A DNA stretch of 64,000 bases from Phoronis australis (Eukaryota; Animalia; Phoronida). Of the stretch, positions 1 to 13,100 are shown in pieces. The stretch is taken from the NCBI GenBank assembly GCA_002633005.1, contig NMRA01000721.1, positions 117,189-181,188 of the forward strand, given 5' to 3'. Within the stretch, counting starts at the first letter, position 1; each line of letters opens with the position of its first letter. A program made the translations under genes and the position numbers. Under the pieces are notes generated by a model, which was not told the origin of the DNA, did not search any database, and saw only the letters and a list, made by a program, of their open reading frames with translations.

Positions 1-1089
1 ATTTTCCTCGCTGATAAATTATTTTATTGCTTCTAATAACTATTGTATTTACCGACATAATAAACAATATGTAGAAGTCCAGACTGGTTTGCATTGAAAT
101 TTATTCCTTTTAAATACATTAAAATAGCACTTTTAAATTTCAAATAGCTGAAGAACAGAGGAATTTCCATTTGGAAGCCTCGGTGCTGCAATGCAATAGA
201 TTTTGGTGATTTGTTTTTTTATCATGTAAAAATGAAGTGATATGTAGGCTGAAATAAGCATGGATTAAACACTATTCTGCCCTCCGCAGAGTAGGCGTGT
301 CCACCAATTGAGTGAAATCAATTGAAAAGTCTTTTGACCTAATGACTTTGTGGAAGTTAGCACGTACGCAGAGGGAGAATACCTGAGTAGTTACCAGTAT
401 TTTTCAAAATGATTGACATTTTTTAAATCAAAACAGCTTACAAAGTAAAGGAGAAACTACAGTCAAGATATTAGAAAGAGGGGCAAACACTGGAATACTA
501 AAATTTGAGAACCGGTAGAAATAATGTGGAATATACTAGAGCTCGACTCATTGGTTTACGGGTAAATCTACGCGGTGACCACTACGTTTCCAAGTGTATA
601 TTTTCACGGTCAAAAGCATTCATTGACAACACGGAACTACTACAGTGTAGTTTACACGTTTAGTGGTATTACACAGAACAAGCAAATCGTAAAACAACAA
701 TATGTAATTACAAACAAAAAGGTAGCGTAATGTGTGTGTCTGTTCGTGTACGTACGTGGGAGTGGGTGTGGGTGTTAGTGTGCATGTTTGTGTTATTTCA
801 TCTTGAAATTAGAAATGTCATTTTAGAGAAAGTCCCAAGGGATTTTTTATTTACCAGGTAAATCATAAAAACGATGGAAATGCCAACGCACAAATTTGCA
901 CCAACGGCTTCATTTTTGATCTGAAATTCCGCAACTTTGCGTTCATGCGGTATTAGATGCTGTATTCAAAATTGTGAAAATTTCATAAAAACGACTCCAT
1001 TTATTAAAACCTTAATATTATCACACAAATACTGTCAGCAATACTTTAGAATTATACACTAATCACCCGATAATTTTCATGAATGCTAC

Positions 1090-1173
1090 CTTAAGGAATT
1101 CCTTGATGTTTTCTGCATTTGATTTCTTGACCCCGCGTCCACGTCCACAAACGTCGTAAGCGGTTTCTCCAGC
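1090..1173 (-). CDS. Ankyrin gene exon 9, C-terminal capping repeat (AGETAYDVCGRGRGVKKSNAENIKEFLK)
   Basis: Acceptor ttttgttgcag; the G-x-T-A-x-D...I..FL pattern matches a terminal ankyrin repeat. The donor (gtagca) is weak, so the 3' boundary is uncertain. Confidence 0.75.
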
Positions 1174-4100
1174 CTGCAACAAAATGTTTGAATGGAAGAC
1201 GAATATTACGTAAAATTACAAGACCCGAGAATTGATCTTACATGTATGTAGACATGAACCTACTGCTACTTTCTGCTCTTTCTGAAATTATTGGCAGCAG
1301 AAATTGACTTTTAAATACTTCGTCAACCGCCGATGTAGTGCTAAAATGACCACTACATATTGAGTTATTAATGTCAATAGTTTATGCCAAATACCGATTC
1401 TTCCAAAACTGGCTGTTGCTTATTTTCATCAACACTTTTGTTGTGCTCATTAGAGACTTGAGAGGAAGCAGAATCGTTGCCATGTAAGCATACACGTGGT
1501 GATGTTAGGTTACACCAAGAAGTGCTGTAGTAGATACAGTGTACCCTGGGGATGCTGAGTTACACGAAAGACTGTTGTAGAACGCACAGTGTACACTGGT
1601 GATGCTGGGTTACACGAAGGAGGTTTGTAGAACATACAGTGTACACTGGTGAGACTGGGTTACACCAAGGAGTGCTGTAGAACATAGTGTACACTTGTAA
1701 TGCTGGGTTACACGAAGGAGAGCTGTAGAACAAACAGTGTACACGTGGTTATGCTCGGTTACACGAAGGAGTGGTGTAGAACATACAGGGTACACTGGTA
1801 TAACCAGTTAGTTGGAGATCAAACACGACGGCCTGACCGCCCCAGAGACTGGCTTTGAACGTGTAGACCCTGATGTGTATTTGATCACCAGCCAATCCAT
1901 GTTAGGTCAGGCCAACCCGCTCTTGAGTGCCGCCATCTAGTATAGGGTACCACGAGTTGGAGCACCGGTCACTGGGTTTTGCAATCCAGCAGGTGGTTTG
2001 GAAGATCGATCAATAGTTGATTTCCGCTCGTTATTTCAGACGACAGCGCCACTCGTGTTACGGCCCACGAGCAAAACTCAAAGTACATTTCACGTTAGTT
2101 ACTCCGTCATGATAATACGCTCACAAACACCTTTTCAAGCAACGTGTCATTTATGGGATGTTGATATTTTTGGTGTTCCACGGTAATTTAATGTCGTAAT
2201 CTGAGACTAGACTATTTTTGCTGAGTTACAAAACAATATGTGATATCACTGGTCCACATTTTGATCACGTGATTAGTGTATTGTTTGGATTGTTTTCTTT
2301 TACAGAGGTAATTTCTAATAACAGGGCCACCCACAGTCTAAAAGTCCATTTTTATTCCAACATGATATGTAGGCTTGGTTGATGTTACACGAAACAAAGG
2401 CACAGAGAGATTACTTGTTATGAAATAATCTGAAGAGTACATTGTAATCATTCCCATGTTGCTTCAAATCACACACAGTTGTCAAATGAAATGAAACTAC
2501 AACACTTTCCATTTTTCTACACGTTTAGTTGCAAGGTTTTTGTTGAAGTCTGCATTTTTCGGCAAGGACCTCTTCGGCAATCCATCTAGGTATGCGCTCA
2601 AATTTGTCTAGCAGCTTGTAAGTAAAAGTTGTAGAAAATCGAGGTTCACAAAGCTGGGTTTGGGGCCCCGAAATTGTTTGAAATTTAGGTGAAAAGGGAT
2701 TTTTTGAGATCAACCTCAGTGTGGAGCCAACATTCAACACCTGCGAGTGCGATGGCAGTCTCACACTATGTTAGTGCCGTTTCTCCGCTTCGCACTTTAC
2801 GATTGCCGTTCATACATGTGAGTATTTAGGCCAAAACACCTGTACACGCGGAATGATTCGCTTGTCCAAAGGACATATAATACTGTTCAAATGCCTTGCA
2901 CGTAGACACATGCGTTTTAAATGCACTTAAACGGAATGTTTTTATTTTATTTTATTTTTTCATCAAGTGTCAGTACTTTTATTTGTCTGAATGTACTGTA
3001 CGTCGACGTCTGTAATTTTGCATCGCATAAGCAAATCCATTCAAGGTGCATGGCCCTTCATACGTGCACAGGCAGAAAGCGGAACGGTAAAGATGAATGG
3101 CTGCATTCATGGTAGTTGTGCAGGTACAGTGTATTATCGATGAGTAATAATTTTAAACAGTGAGAGTATTTCATGAGCGCAGCCCGGGTGTCAGCAGCAA
3201 AGCTCGGCTAATTTCAACTTTTTGTCAAGTTGCAGAAGCTTTTGATTTAACGACAAGCTGAAACACGTGCAGCTACATTGGGAAGGTGGAATTTTCAGCA
3301 ATACAGTCAATCTGAAGAAATTTGAGTATGTTAACATATAACCACGCCCCCTTAAAATCCACTGAAATGTCTGTTGACATAGTCTGTACATCTGCAGTTA
3401 GAGATTGGACCCCGTGGGCCAGAGTGCAAGACACGAGGTAAGAATTGTTTAAATTTTCTTTAAAAAAAATGATTAAAGAACTTCAAAAATCTCGATGATC
3501 AACTTCAAAATCCTCTGTTTCCATTGATTTAAAGTACCAAGCGAACCAGAGGTTTCAGCGAATATTTCTAAGCATCTCATTACCTTTCTTGCATACTTCA
3601 CGTTTTATTCAAATTTTCAACGTAAATAAATATTTGTGTTCGAATTGAAATAAAAACTGGACGCCAAATACTGCCAAACAGGATTTTGTAAGGCTGTGGC
3701 CCCTTTTGGACATAACACGTTTGAGACGAAATGTGGGAAGACCAACATGCCGTCAGCGTTTTGACTGCAACATAACTCGACGTAGCGTTTGTCAGTGTCC
3801 AAGTCACCTGCGCATGAAGTACGAGAGACCTGATTTGTTAGATAGTGCAAATCGGTGACTCTGATTACGAGGTGGAAAAGATTTGAGTGCCGTTACAGCC
3901 TAGCTCCAGTGCACTATCATCTGCACCGCAGATGGGGACTAGCAATTACCAAATTTGGAGAAATGCGCGATTAGTTTAAGTCCAAGCACCATTTCGCAAT
4001 GTTTCATGCAAGTTGACAAAACGCTTGCTTGTCTGGCACAGGGGGTTAGTAGGTCCGGCGCGTTTTGTTGATTTGCGCTATATGCGGATTACGTAAGGAT

Positions 4101-7100
4101 TATAATGACGTGTATGCAAGTTGAAAAGGTTTCAGATTTGCAAATGAGTAATTGAAAATAGTTATACACGAATCGAAGGTTTGCAAATGAGTCTCCAATT
4201 TGTAACTAATTGGAAATAGTCATTGGTGAATCGTAGAATGTCGTCGATATTTTCAGATGGGTAAACATAAGTCAAATCCATGTGCAACGAATCATTCCCG
4301 TGTTGCTTCAATTCACACACAGTTATCAAATTAAATGAACCTACAACTCTTTCCATTTTTCTACACGTTTAGTTGCAAGGATTTCGTTGAAGTCTACATT
4401 TTTTATTAAGGACCACTTCGGCAATTCATCTAGGTATGCGTTTGTCTAGCTGTTTGTAAGTAAAATTTGTAGGATATCGAAGTTCCGAAAGCTGGATTTG
4501 GGTCCCCTTAATTGTTTAAAATTTAGGTGCGAAGCGCTTTTCTGAGATCAACCTCAGTGTGGAGTCAACATTCAACACCCGCAATGGCAATCTTACGCCC
4601 TGTTAGCGAAGTTTCTCCGCTTCGCACTTTATACATGTACCTAACAATTGCCGTTCGTGTATGTGCGTGTATTTTGGCCAAAACACCAGTACACGCCGAA
4701 TGGGGCTGTTGTCCAAATGAAATAATTTTGTTCAAATGCTTTGCACGTACAGTGTAGACGCACTTGTAGTTCCAGGTGCCTTTCATAAACGGGAAGTTTT
4801 TATTTTATTTTTTCATCAAGTGTCAGTACTTTTCATTTGACTAAATGTACGTCAATGTTTGCCATTTTGCATCTCATAAACACAATGAAGGCGCATGGCC
4901 CCAATACGCGCACACGCAGCAAGCGGAACGATAAAGATGAATGGCTGCATTCATGGTACTTGGGCAGGTACAGTGTCCTATTAATGAGCAAAAGTGAGAG
5001 TGTGGTTCGTACTTATATCAACGACAATCAGGGGTTGACAGGGGTATTTTCTTGAGTGCAGACCGGGCGTCAGCGGCAAAGCTCGGCTAAGTTTAACTTT
5101 TTGTCAAGTTTCAGAAGTTTTTAATTTAACGACGAGCTGAAACACGTGCAGCTACATTGGGAAGATGCGATTTTCAGCAATACAGTCAAATCTTGAGACA
5201 TTTGTGTATGTTAACATATAATCACGCCACCTTAAAATCCACTGAAATGTCTGTTGACATAGTCGGTACATGTTTTCCGTGGGGGCCAGTCGTGGACATT
5301 TATCGGTAAAAGGGGCAATAGCTTATTTGAAGAGAATATCAGAATCAAAGGATAAAGCAACTATAGTTGAATTTTCAATTTTGAGGCCAAGAACCGACGA
5401 CTTTTTATTTTGTATTATTGAAAACAGGGACAACACCACACTTTTCAACTGACTGATAATTCACCAGACTGCAAGCTGCTTCTTGCAGTACAGTGTCGCC
5501 ACCCTTTGAGAAGTTTAAAAAGCCTCTTCAACAAGTTTGAATTGCTCTTAAGAGTCGTTTTAATAAAGAGTGGTGTAGCATTTATCAAACTAAAAAGAAC
5601 ATCAGGGGAAAATCTTACTCCAGTATTTTTATAAAGAATCTTGTCTTATGCTTCATTCATACAGTAAATTAAGTTGTATTTCTTTGTATATGCGCATACT
5701 TTTGCGTACTTTTGTAAATTTTAATTCTACTCAATTCACTGTATCAAAATTATCCACTGCCAGACAATTTCAGTGGCGGGGTATCCCTGCAAGATTAAGA
5801 ATAACGGGATCTCAAAATAGACCTACTGTAGATCAGCCCGAGAGGTAACTGCATGACACTGTCTTCAAATTAATCAGGGTAGACCAATGAATCACGAATG
5901 AACACTGCCAGACAAACTGAGTGGCGGAGTTAACTCAGTATTTTGATTTGCAATTTACACATCTCTCATAAATTACGGTCACAGACAACTAGGAGAATCA
6001 GTCAAGATAAAGGGCACCAATCTCTATCAACATTTCCGATGATGGATGTATTTGTTGTCATAACACTCCCAAGTAATGCCTCTGATCAAGACTGTTTCAC
6101 CAGATGTATATCATATTTAAAAGTAAACCCAACTTCACCGACACATGTAGAGACTCGCACACAAAACTATATTTAGTTTAAACAACGAGGCACAAATAAC
6201 AGCAGGCATTTGGTAACATAAAGGTTACTATTTTAGAGAGTTTCGGTCAATTTTAAGGTTTTTAATGAATCAGACAAATTAGCCTGATGCCGCTTGTGCG
6301 AAGAAACATTAAAAACAGTGCATAGCACAAAATTAACAGTCCGAATGAAACCGACCTGAACCAACATATTTCGTGGCACCGTGTAAAACGAAACATGAAC
6401 ATTGAAATGATGACATACATACTTACAGCCTTAGAAGTTTTTGCAACTACATGATACAACTAATAAAACTAAACCTGATACTTTACTAACGGGAAGATAA
6501 CACCACGTCGGAAAGTTATAGCAAGGTTAAATGACATGTTCACTATTCAGGTAAAGTTATAGCAAAGTTAGATGACATGTTCACTATTCAGGTAAAGTTA
6601 TAGCAAAGTTAGATGACATGTTCACTATTCAGGTAAAGTTATAGCAAAGTTAGATGACATGTTCACTAATCAGGTAAAGTTNNNNNNNNNNNNNNNNNNN
6701 NNNNNNNNNNNNNNNNNNNNNNNNNNNNNNNNNNNNNNNNNNNNNNNNNNNNNNNNNNNNNNNNNNNNNNNNNNNNNNNNNNNNNNNNNNNNNNNNNNNN
6801 NNNNNNNNNNNNNNNNNNNNNNNNNNNNNNNNNNNNNNNNNNNNNNNNNNNNNNNNNNNNNNNNNNNNNNNNNNNNNNNNNNNNNNNNNNNNNNNNNNNN
6901 NNNNNNNNNNNNNNNNNNNNNNNNNNNNNNNNNNNNNNNNNNNNNNNNNNNNNNNNNNNNNNNNNNNNNNNNNNNNNNNNNNNNNNNNNNNNNNNNNNNN
7001 NNNNNNNNNNNNNNNNNNNNNNNNNNNNNNNNNNNNNNNNNNNNNNNNNNNNNNNNNNNNNNNNNNNNNNNNNNNNNNNNNNNNNNNNNNNNNNNNNNNN

Positions 7101-10100
7101 NNNNNNNNNNNNNNNNNNNNNNNNNNNNNNNNNNNNNNNNNNNNNNNNNNNNNNNNNNNNNNNNNNNNNNNNNTTAGTCACGTACATGTACAACTCCCGG
7201 AAACCAAGCCCAGCATTTAGTTTCAAAATAAAGGACATATTCAATACATCAGTTAAAAACTCCATTGCTATTTAGCTTATTGGTCCACTTCACAGAGTAT
7301 ATCTAATGTCTGCAACTCGTACGGATTGTCAATGTTTCCGTAAACATACATGTAGAAGTAATTGTTTGTTTATAAACTAGTCTGAAGTGGTCATATTTGA
7401 GCTTGTGCAATTTGTTATGTAATGATTTAATTATTATTAGGTGACTGAGTAAGCCCATTGAGGCTGGGGGGTGTGGTGAATAATCTGTCTTTGATATTGT
7501 ATTTACTGGTACCCTTATGTCACTATAATAAATAAATACACATGTACCGTAATCCCCGGAATACAAGGCCATGACCTCATTGTACTGTATGGCCATTCAC
7601 TCGAACTTAAGGTCACGGCTGTATAGGATGGGCCATTACTATTTTAAAGTGCTCTGTAAAACTTCCTTACTTTGCTTATAAGGCCATAAGAAACGTAGCA
7701 CAAAGACGTGTAACAGAATGCGCGTGACAATAGTATTATTAATATTAAAATAATGATGATTAAGTTAAGGAAAACAAGATACGTGTGAACACATCGCACA
7801 ACACCATACAGCACAGCTACTCCGCACCCAGACAGTGTTCAGTGTTCACCACTTTTGGAATTCGCTGCTGCAGTTTGCTTGCCAGTTTATTGTTCTTTAG
7901 AGAAGCATTATTTCATAATCTTAACCATTACATAAAGTTTTTGTCCTGATTGGTAAGCCAAAATGAACGCCATTGCCTTACATAGTACGGGTCACTTGCA
8001 TTTTAGTGTTCTAAAAATGCATTATATGTTTAGTTCCGGACGGATGTAATGTACTTCGTTTGTTCAAAGAAAATGCTTAAATATTCCACAAGCACTAGCA
8101 ATGGATCATCCGCCTTAAATTTAGTGATTTTTTCATGGTTGGTACATTTTTAGTAGTTTTCATTTAACAAAGAATTTCAAAATTGAATAAAGGTGAATGT
8201 TTGCCAAATAGTTTTTCAAATTTAACAAAACAAAAAGGAAAGGAGCCATGTTCCTACAGCTGAACACGGTTGTGGAATTGCGTGACGCAGAAACTTCAAA
8301 TTGTATAAAGAAATGACAAATAATTAAGCAAAACCAAAACGATCGAGTTATTATTCATTTGAATCAAGTCCCCCGGGAGTAGCGGAGAGTTTACTCTAGC
8401 CTAACTGAGATAAGAGACACTTCCAGTCAGAACTGAAAAGAGATAGATATCAGAGGAAAATCAAATACATTAATCAGGTACGTTAAAAATTAAACCATTT
8501 CGACTGATTTTGATTTTATCGAGCACCAGTTTGACAATAACTTTGTATTAGTCAAGCTTTCAACGACAAATGCCACACCAACGGAATAGTTCTTGTCGCC
8601 GACCATCTTCTTTTCACCGCTGTGATCTTCCGCTACTTGAAACCGATATGCGTTTTCACATTTTACAAGATCCAATAATCAAGCCGTGTTTTTATTTTAA
8701 TTTTAATTCAAGGACTAGCTCAATACACAATTTGAGAACAACATGACTGTACAATACACCCTGATAATCCATTTCAATTAGCATTAAGTAGGCAACTTCT
8801 TTAAATTTCACGTCACAGCGTCTCTTATTCTTTCCTCATTTTTCAGGCCCAAGCACATCTTCAGTTATGCGTTTTTATAAAAAGTCGCTCAAACATCCCA
8901 CTAGCAATCGAACAACGGAGTTCTTGCATCGTGATTGGTATATCTTCAGAATTTTGCATTTAAAGCAACACGTCAACGTTTACCAATTTGTACTTGAAAT
9001 GTCCATTTTACTCACGAAACCTTTTACTCCTGTTCACGACGGCCGACTCCAGTGAAATTGGCAGACCTTGTAGATTTGAAAGTCTTTGTTTTAAAATCAG
9101 TATGGACAAGATTGCACGATGTTCTGCAGGCGTTCTGCAACAGATTTGCGTGCGAACTGAGGGAGTTTCTAACCAAATATATACTCGACACATTACGAAT
9201 CAGAATCATTTTGCCTAGGCTGAATTTTATTGGACATACACAATGAGTGGAATGCAGTTGCAGACAATTTCGTGTTTGACTTCATAAAACGTCAATACTG
9301 TATGCACAAATCGGAAGCGTTCGGTGGCGGAGAATAAGAAAGACGTACAATTCCTTTACCGGGGGTCAAATTGAGCGGTAACATCAAACTTCAGTTTTAC
9401 TTCAGATTGGTACAGAATGTGCAACTTGGGAATCCAGACTCTGTGATTTATTAAAGAGTTATATAGCGGTTTCATCAAAGGACACCTATGGTCGGTATTT
9501 GGCACCTGAAGAGAGCGCACCCATCACAATGTTCCTTGTTGCTTAGTTACTGAAAAATCAGTTCTTGATTAAATCTAGGATTGTTAGTTCAAAGACGAAT
9601 GTAAGTTACGTCTTTTGTGTAGTCTATACCTGTATGACTTTTCAAAAACTTCCACACTAAATTTACATAATATAATGTTTCAATAATATGACTTTGGCCG
9701 GGTGAGGAAAGCGAAGACCTTGTTGAAAAGCGTAATCATAAAAATGAACTAGCGGTAACTTCTTAATAAATTATGAAAACAGCGATAATTTGCATTACTG
9801 TAAACAAGCGACACTGCCACCTATTTTACGATTGTTATGTTGCTAAAGAGTCTGCACTGTGAAAAATAAAAATATAACTTAGTTCCTGACAAATAGTCAA
9901 TGTTACGTAGATCACCTCCTTTCATAGTTGTCAGTGTTAGAGAAAGAAAAGCGACAACTTGATAACAAGCAGAAAATTTGGGTCTGCTAAAGGAACGAGT
10001 GAAATGATTATAGCAACAGAAGAAACTAACCTACAGCGTTTTTGTCGACCGAAGATTACGAGTGTCGTACCGCCCAAGCGCCAGAAATTTTTGAATTTAG

Positions 10101-13100
10101 TCGACTGCAAATTTAAGAGTGTCGCAAAACAATATACATTCTGTTTTTTTTTCTTTATTCTTTAATTTCTTTAAGAGAACGGAAAGTGAGCGATATATTA
10201 AAAATTGCAGGCGGTCTGATACACGTAGTACCAGGCGGGCGCAGGCCTCGCATGTGGACACATTGCACTGATCACCTGGAAATATTTTTATGCTTTATTC
10301 ATATATGGTTAAAACCGAGCTGAGGAGCTAGAAACCTGGCTCAAGGGTTTAGCAGTGTGACCTGGTGGGACTCAAACCCACGACCTCGAGTAAAGAAAGC
10401 AGGCACTTATCAACCAGGCCACACTGCCTCCTCGAGCGATATATTACGTGCTATGCTAGTTTTGCCGTGAGTTAAAAACATGAAGACTTTGACTTAGTGC
10501 ACTGCTGGAAAAATAAAAATACGACAGTTTGTCAAGAGCAGGATTGTGTGTGCATTGTACTTTATTGGTAAAGCTAAGCATAGGATTATTTATTTACCGA
10601 TATACCATACACTATAACTATAACTACTTAAAAAACTAGAATACACTAAAGTGCCACGGACTGAACACGTGATGCAAAAGCACGTTGTTTACTCAGTTTA
10701 TGAATGATAGCTCACGATTGCTTGACGACGTACCAAGGTGTGTTCGACACCTACGTGTACTTTGTATTTTACAAAGCGCTACCAACTGTACCTATATGAT
10801 TGTGACATTTTTTAATCAGATTTGTCATTTGCATTATTTACGTTAAGAGTGAGGCAAGATACTGCTAAGCTCATCAAGATGTCTAAAAACTCGTACTCAA
10901 ATATATCCGCCTAAGCCTGAAGAAAAACAAAACGATGAACATGATCAAAAGCGCACTCACCATGACTAACTAAATTCGCCGAATCAACTGCAACTGAGCA
11001 AACGAAATAGTCTGTTATTCCCTTGCGAGTTTGTAAAAGCCTAGGAAAGCGAGGATTCCACTCCTTGATTTTGTTTTTCGTTTTATCACTCTAAAATTAA
11101 CCGTTTTGGCTCTACTAAAGTCATGTTTTTGAACATGGGTAATAAATTTATAATCCTATAAAAGCCATGTTTACAAGTAAAGGCAACCTCGCCGACAAAA
11201 TGAACACCATCGAGACTCACATACCGCCATATTTTGTTTAAACAACCGAAATAGGGCATCAACCTGAACTTTTGAAACATAAAAAATACCATCTCGGTGA
11301 TTCATTTGTCAATTTCAAGGTTTTTAGTTAAGCTGAACACAGTACACATTAGCACCATTTCAATTCCTGGTTGAACTGCACATGTAAATAAAAGCTAAGT
11401 GGTCTATTTTCAGTCAGATTAGCGAAAGGAATTGTCTGATACTTAATCGAGGACATAATGAAGCAACTTTGATTTATTTTAATCAAATCTAACGGATACT
11501 TTGTTGCTGTCAAGCTATTTTGGGTGTTAGAAGAGCGATGTGACTCTCGATAAGGCAGGTGAAAAATGTACATGTATAGAAAGTAAACAAAATTGATACG
11601 CCATGTAATCTTATTCATTTTTAATAATCATAATGAATGATCCTAATCCTTGAGCCAACTGGGTGTGATCGTTATTTTTCAACGAACGTTAGTCATTTGC
11701 AGCTGGCACACCACTGGCTTACGTAAACTATTTGGTCCTTTCTTTTTTAATTTTTGCAAACTGATTTCGCTCAAGCAGATGCTCGGTCTATATCATGTCA
11801 ACTGAATTTGTCCATTCTTCTGTCACAGTAGGATTAGCCTTCAGGTATCAATATCTGTGTTGCTGATCGAATACACGAATAGTCAGATTGCCACTGACAT
11901 TTATTCGACCGCTTAAGCATATGCTGTACATGCGTGTGATATATTTACTTGTCACATTGTAATGCACTTTACTTCTTTCGAGTAAACCAAGGAAATCGTA
12001 ACCCACTGCACAACATAACAAGTGCGTTCCGTGCTTAGGAAATAAAGAAAGTGTTTCACATATACTTGTAGACGCATGCTTATGCCTTGCTTATAGGCAC
12101 AGGTGAAAATCCGTTGTATATGTGCGCATAATTATTTTTTTATACTTTTGTATTTTTTTAAATCCACGCGTTTGCGTAACTTTGTGCACATAAGGTAAAA
12201 ATGTATAAAACAGACATATTGGCTCACAAGGCAAATATTGGAATTGTGTACACTGTACATGTATAAGAAAATCAATAAAACTTTTGCTGACATGACAGTT
12301 ATTGCCTCGGCCCTAAAGCAAGCTTCACTAAATTTCCGAGTGGTGGCACCCGTCGACATCTAAGCACGACTAATGTATGCAAAGTTGAACGGACTGGCAC
12401 AAATAACATTAAATAACTGAACAGGTTTGTGTAAATGATACTTTGGTGACAATTTCAGTGAAGATAGCTAGAAAAATTTGCAAAATACAAACCGAAAGAA
12501 ACGATGATGATATATTTCATTCACAAAAATAAATTTGTAATCCAACGAACTTTGGTAGCTTTTCACTGAATGATTAGGGCAATTTGAATCTATTGTTTAT
12601 ACTTATGATAACATAAGATGTGGTCGAACAAAAACATGTTGCCACCAATCACTAACATATCTTTAGTGAACATGGAAGTAAATGTTCCGGAAATGGATTC
12701 AGATTACGTACAAAATTAAAGCTGTGTTAAAATTGAGGTGAGTATAAATTATACATGTAATGTATGTCGTGATCTAAAACTGTGGTAACCTGGACAATCA
12801 GCACTAACGTTTATACGAATATTGAGCGCTTAGATGAAGAGAACACAACACTTGAAAATTAAAGTTAAGTCGGAATGTGTTTTCAATATTTTTTAAAGTT
12901 CTGTCTTGCTACACAATGTGATTTACATTGGTGTTTTACCTGTTTGACAACTGCGACATTGACACGTTTTTCAAAAATTACTTCCAAGACTGTTCGTTCG
13001 TTAACCATTCTCAGACGCTACGTAAACTGATGTGTCACCATCACAATAAATGAAACGATTCAAATGCACGCGTCTACTGCTGTGCGTTTCTTTCAAATAT

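Noticed and set aside
6659-7265. Long ORFs at 6659-7265 and 42193-42882
   Set aside because: Translations of N gaps.
10350-10433. tRNA gene
   Set aside because: Only degenerate A/B boxes; lies inside a TSD-flanked insertion, so it is a SINE head.
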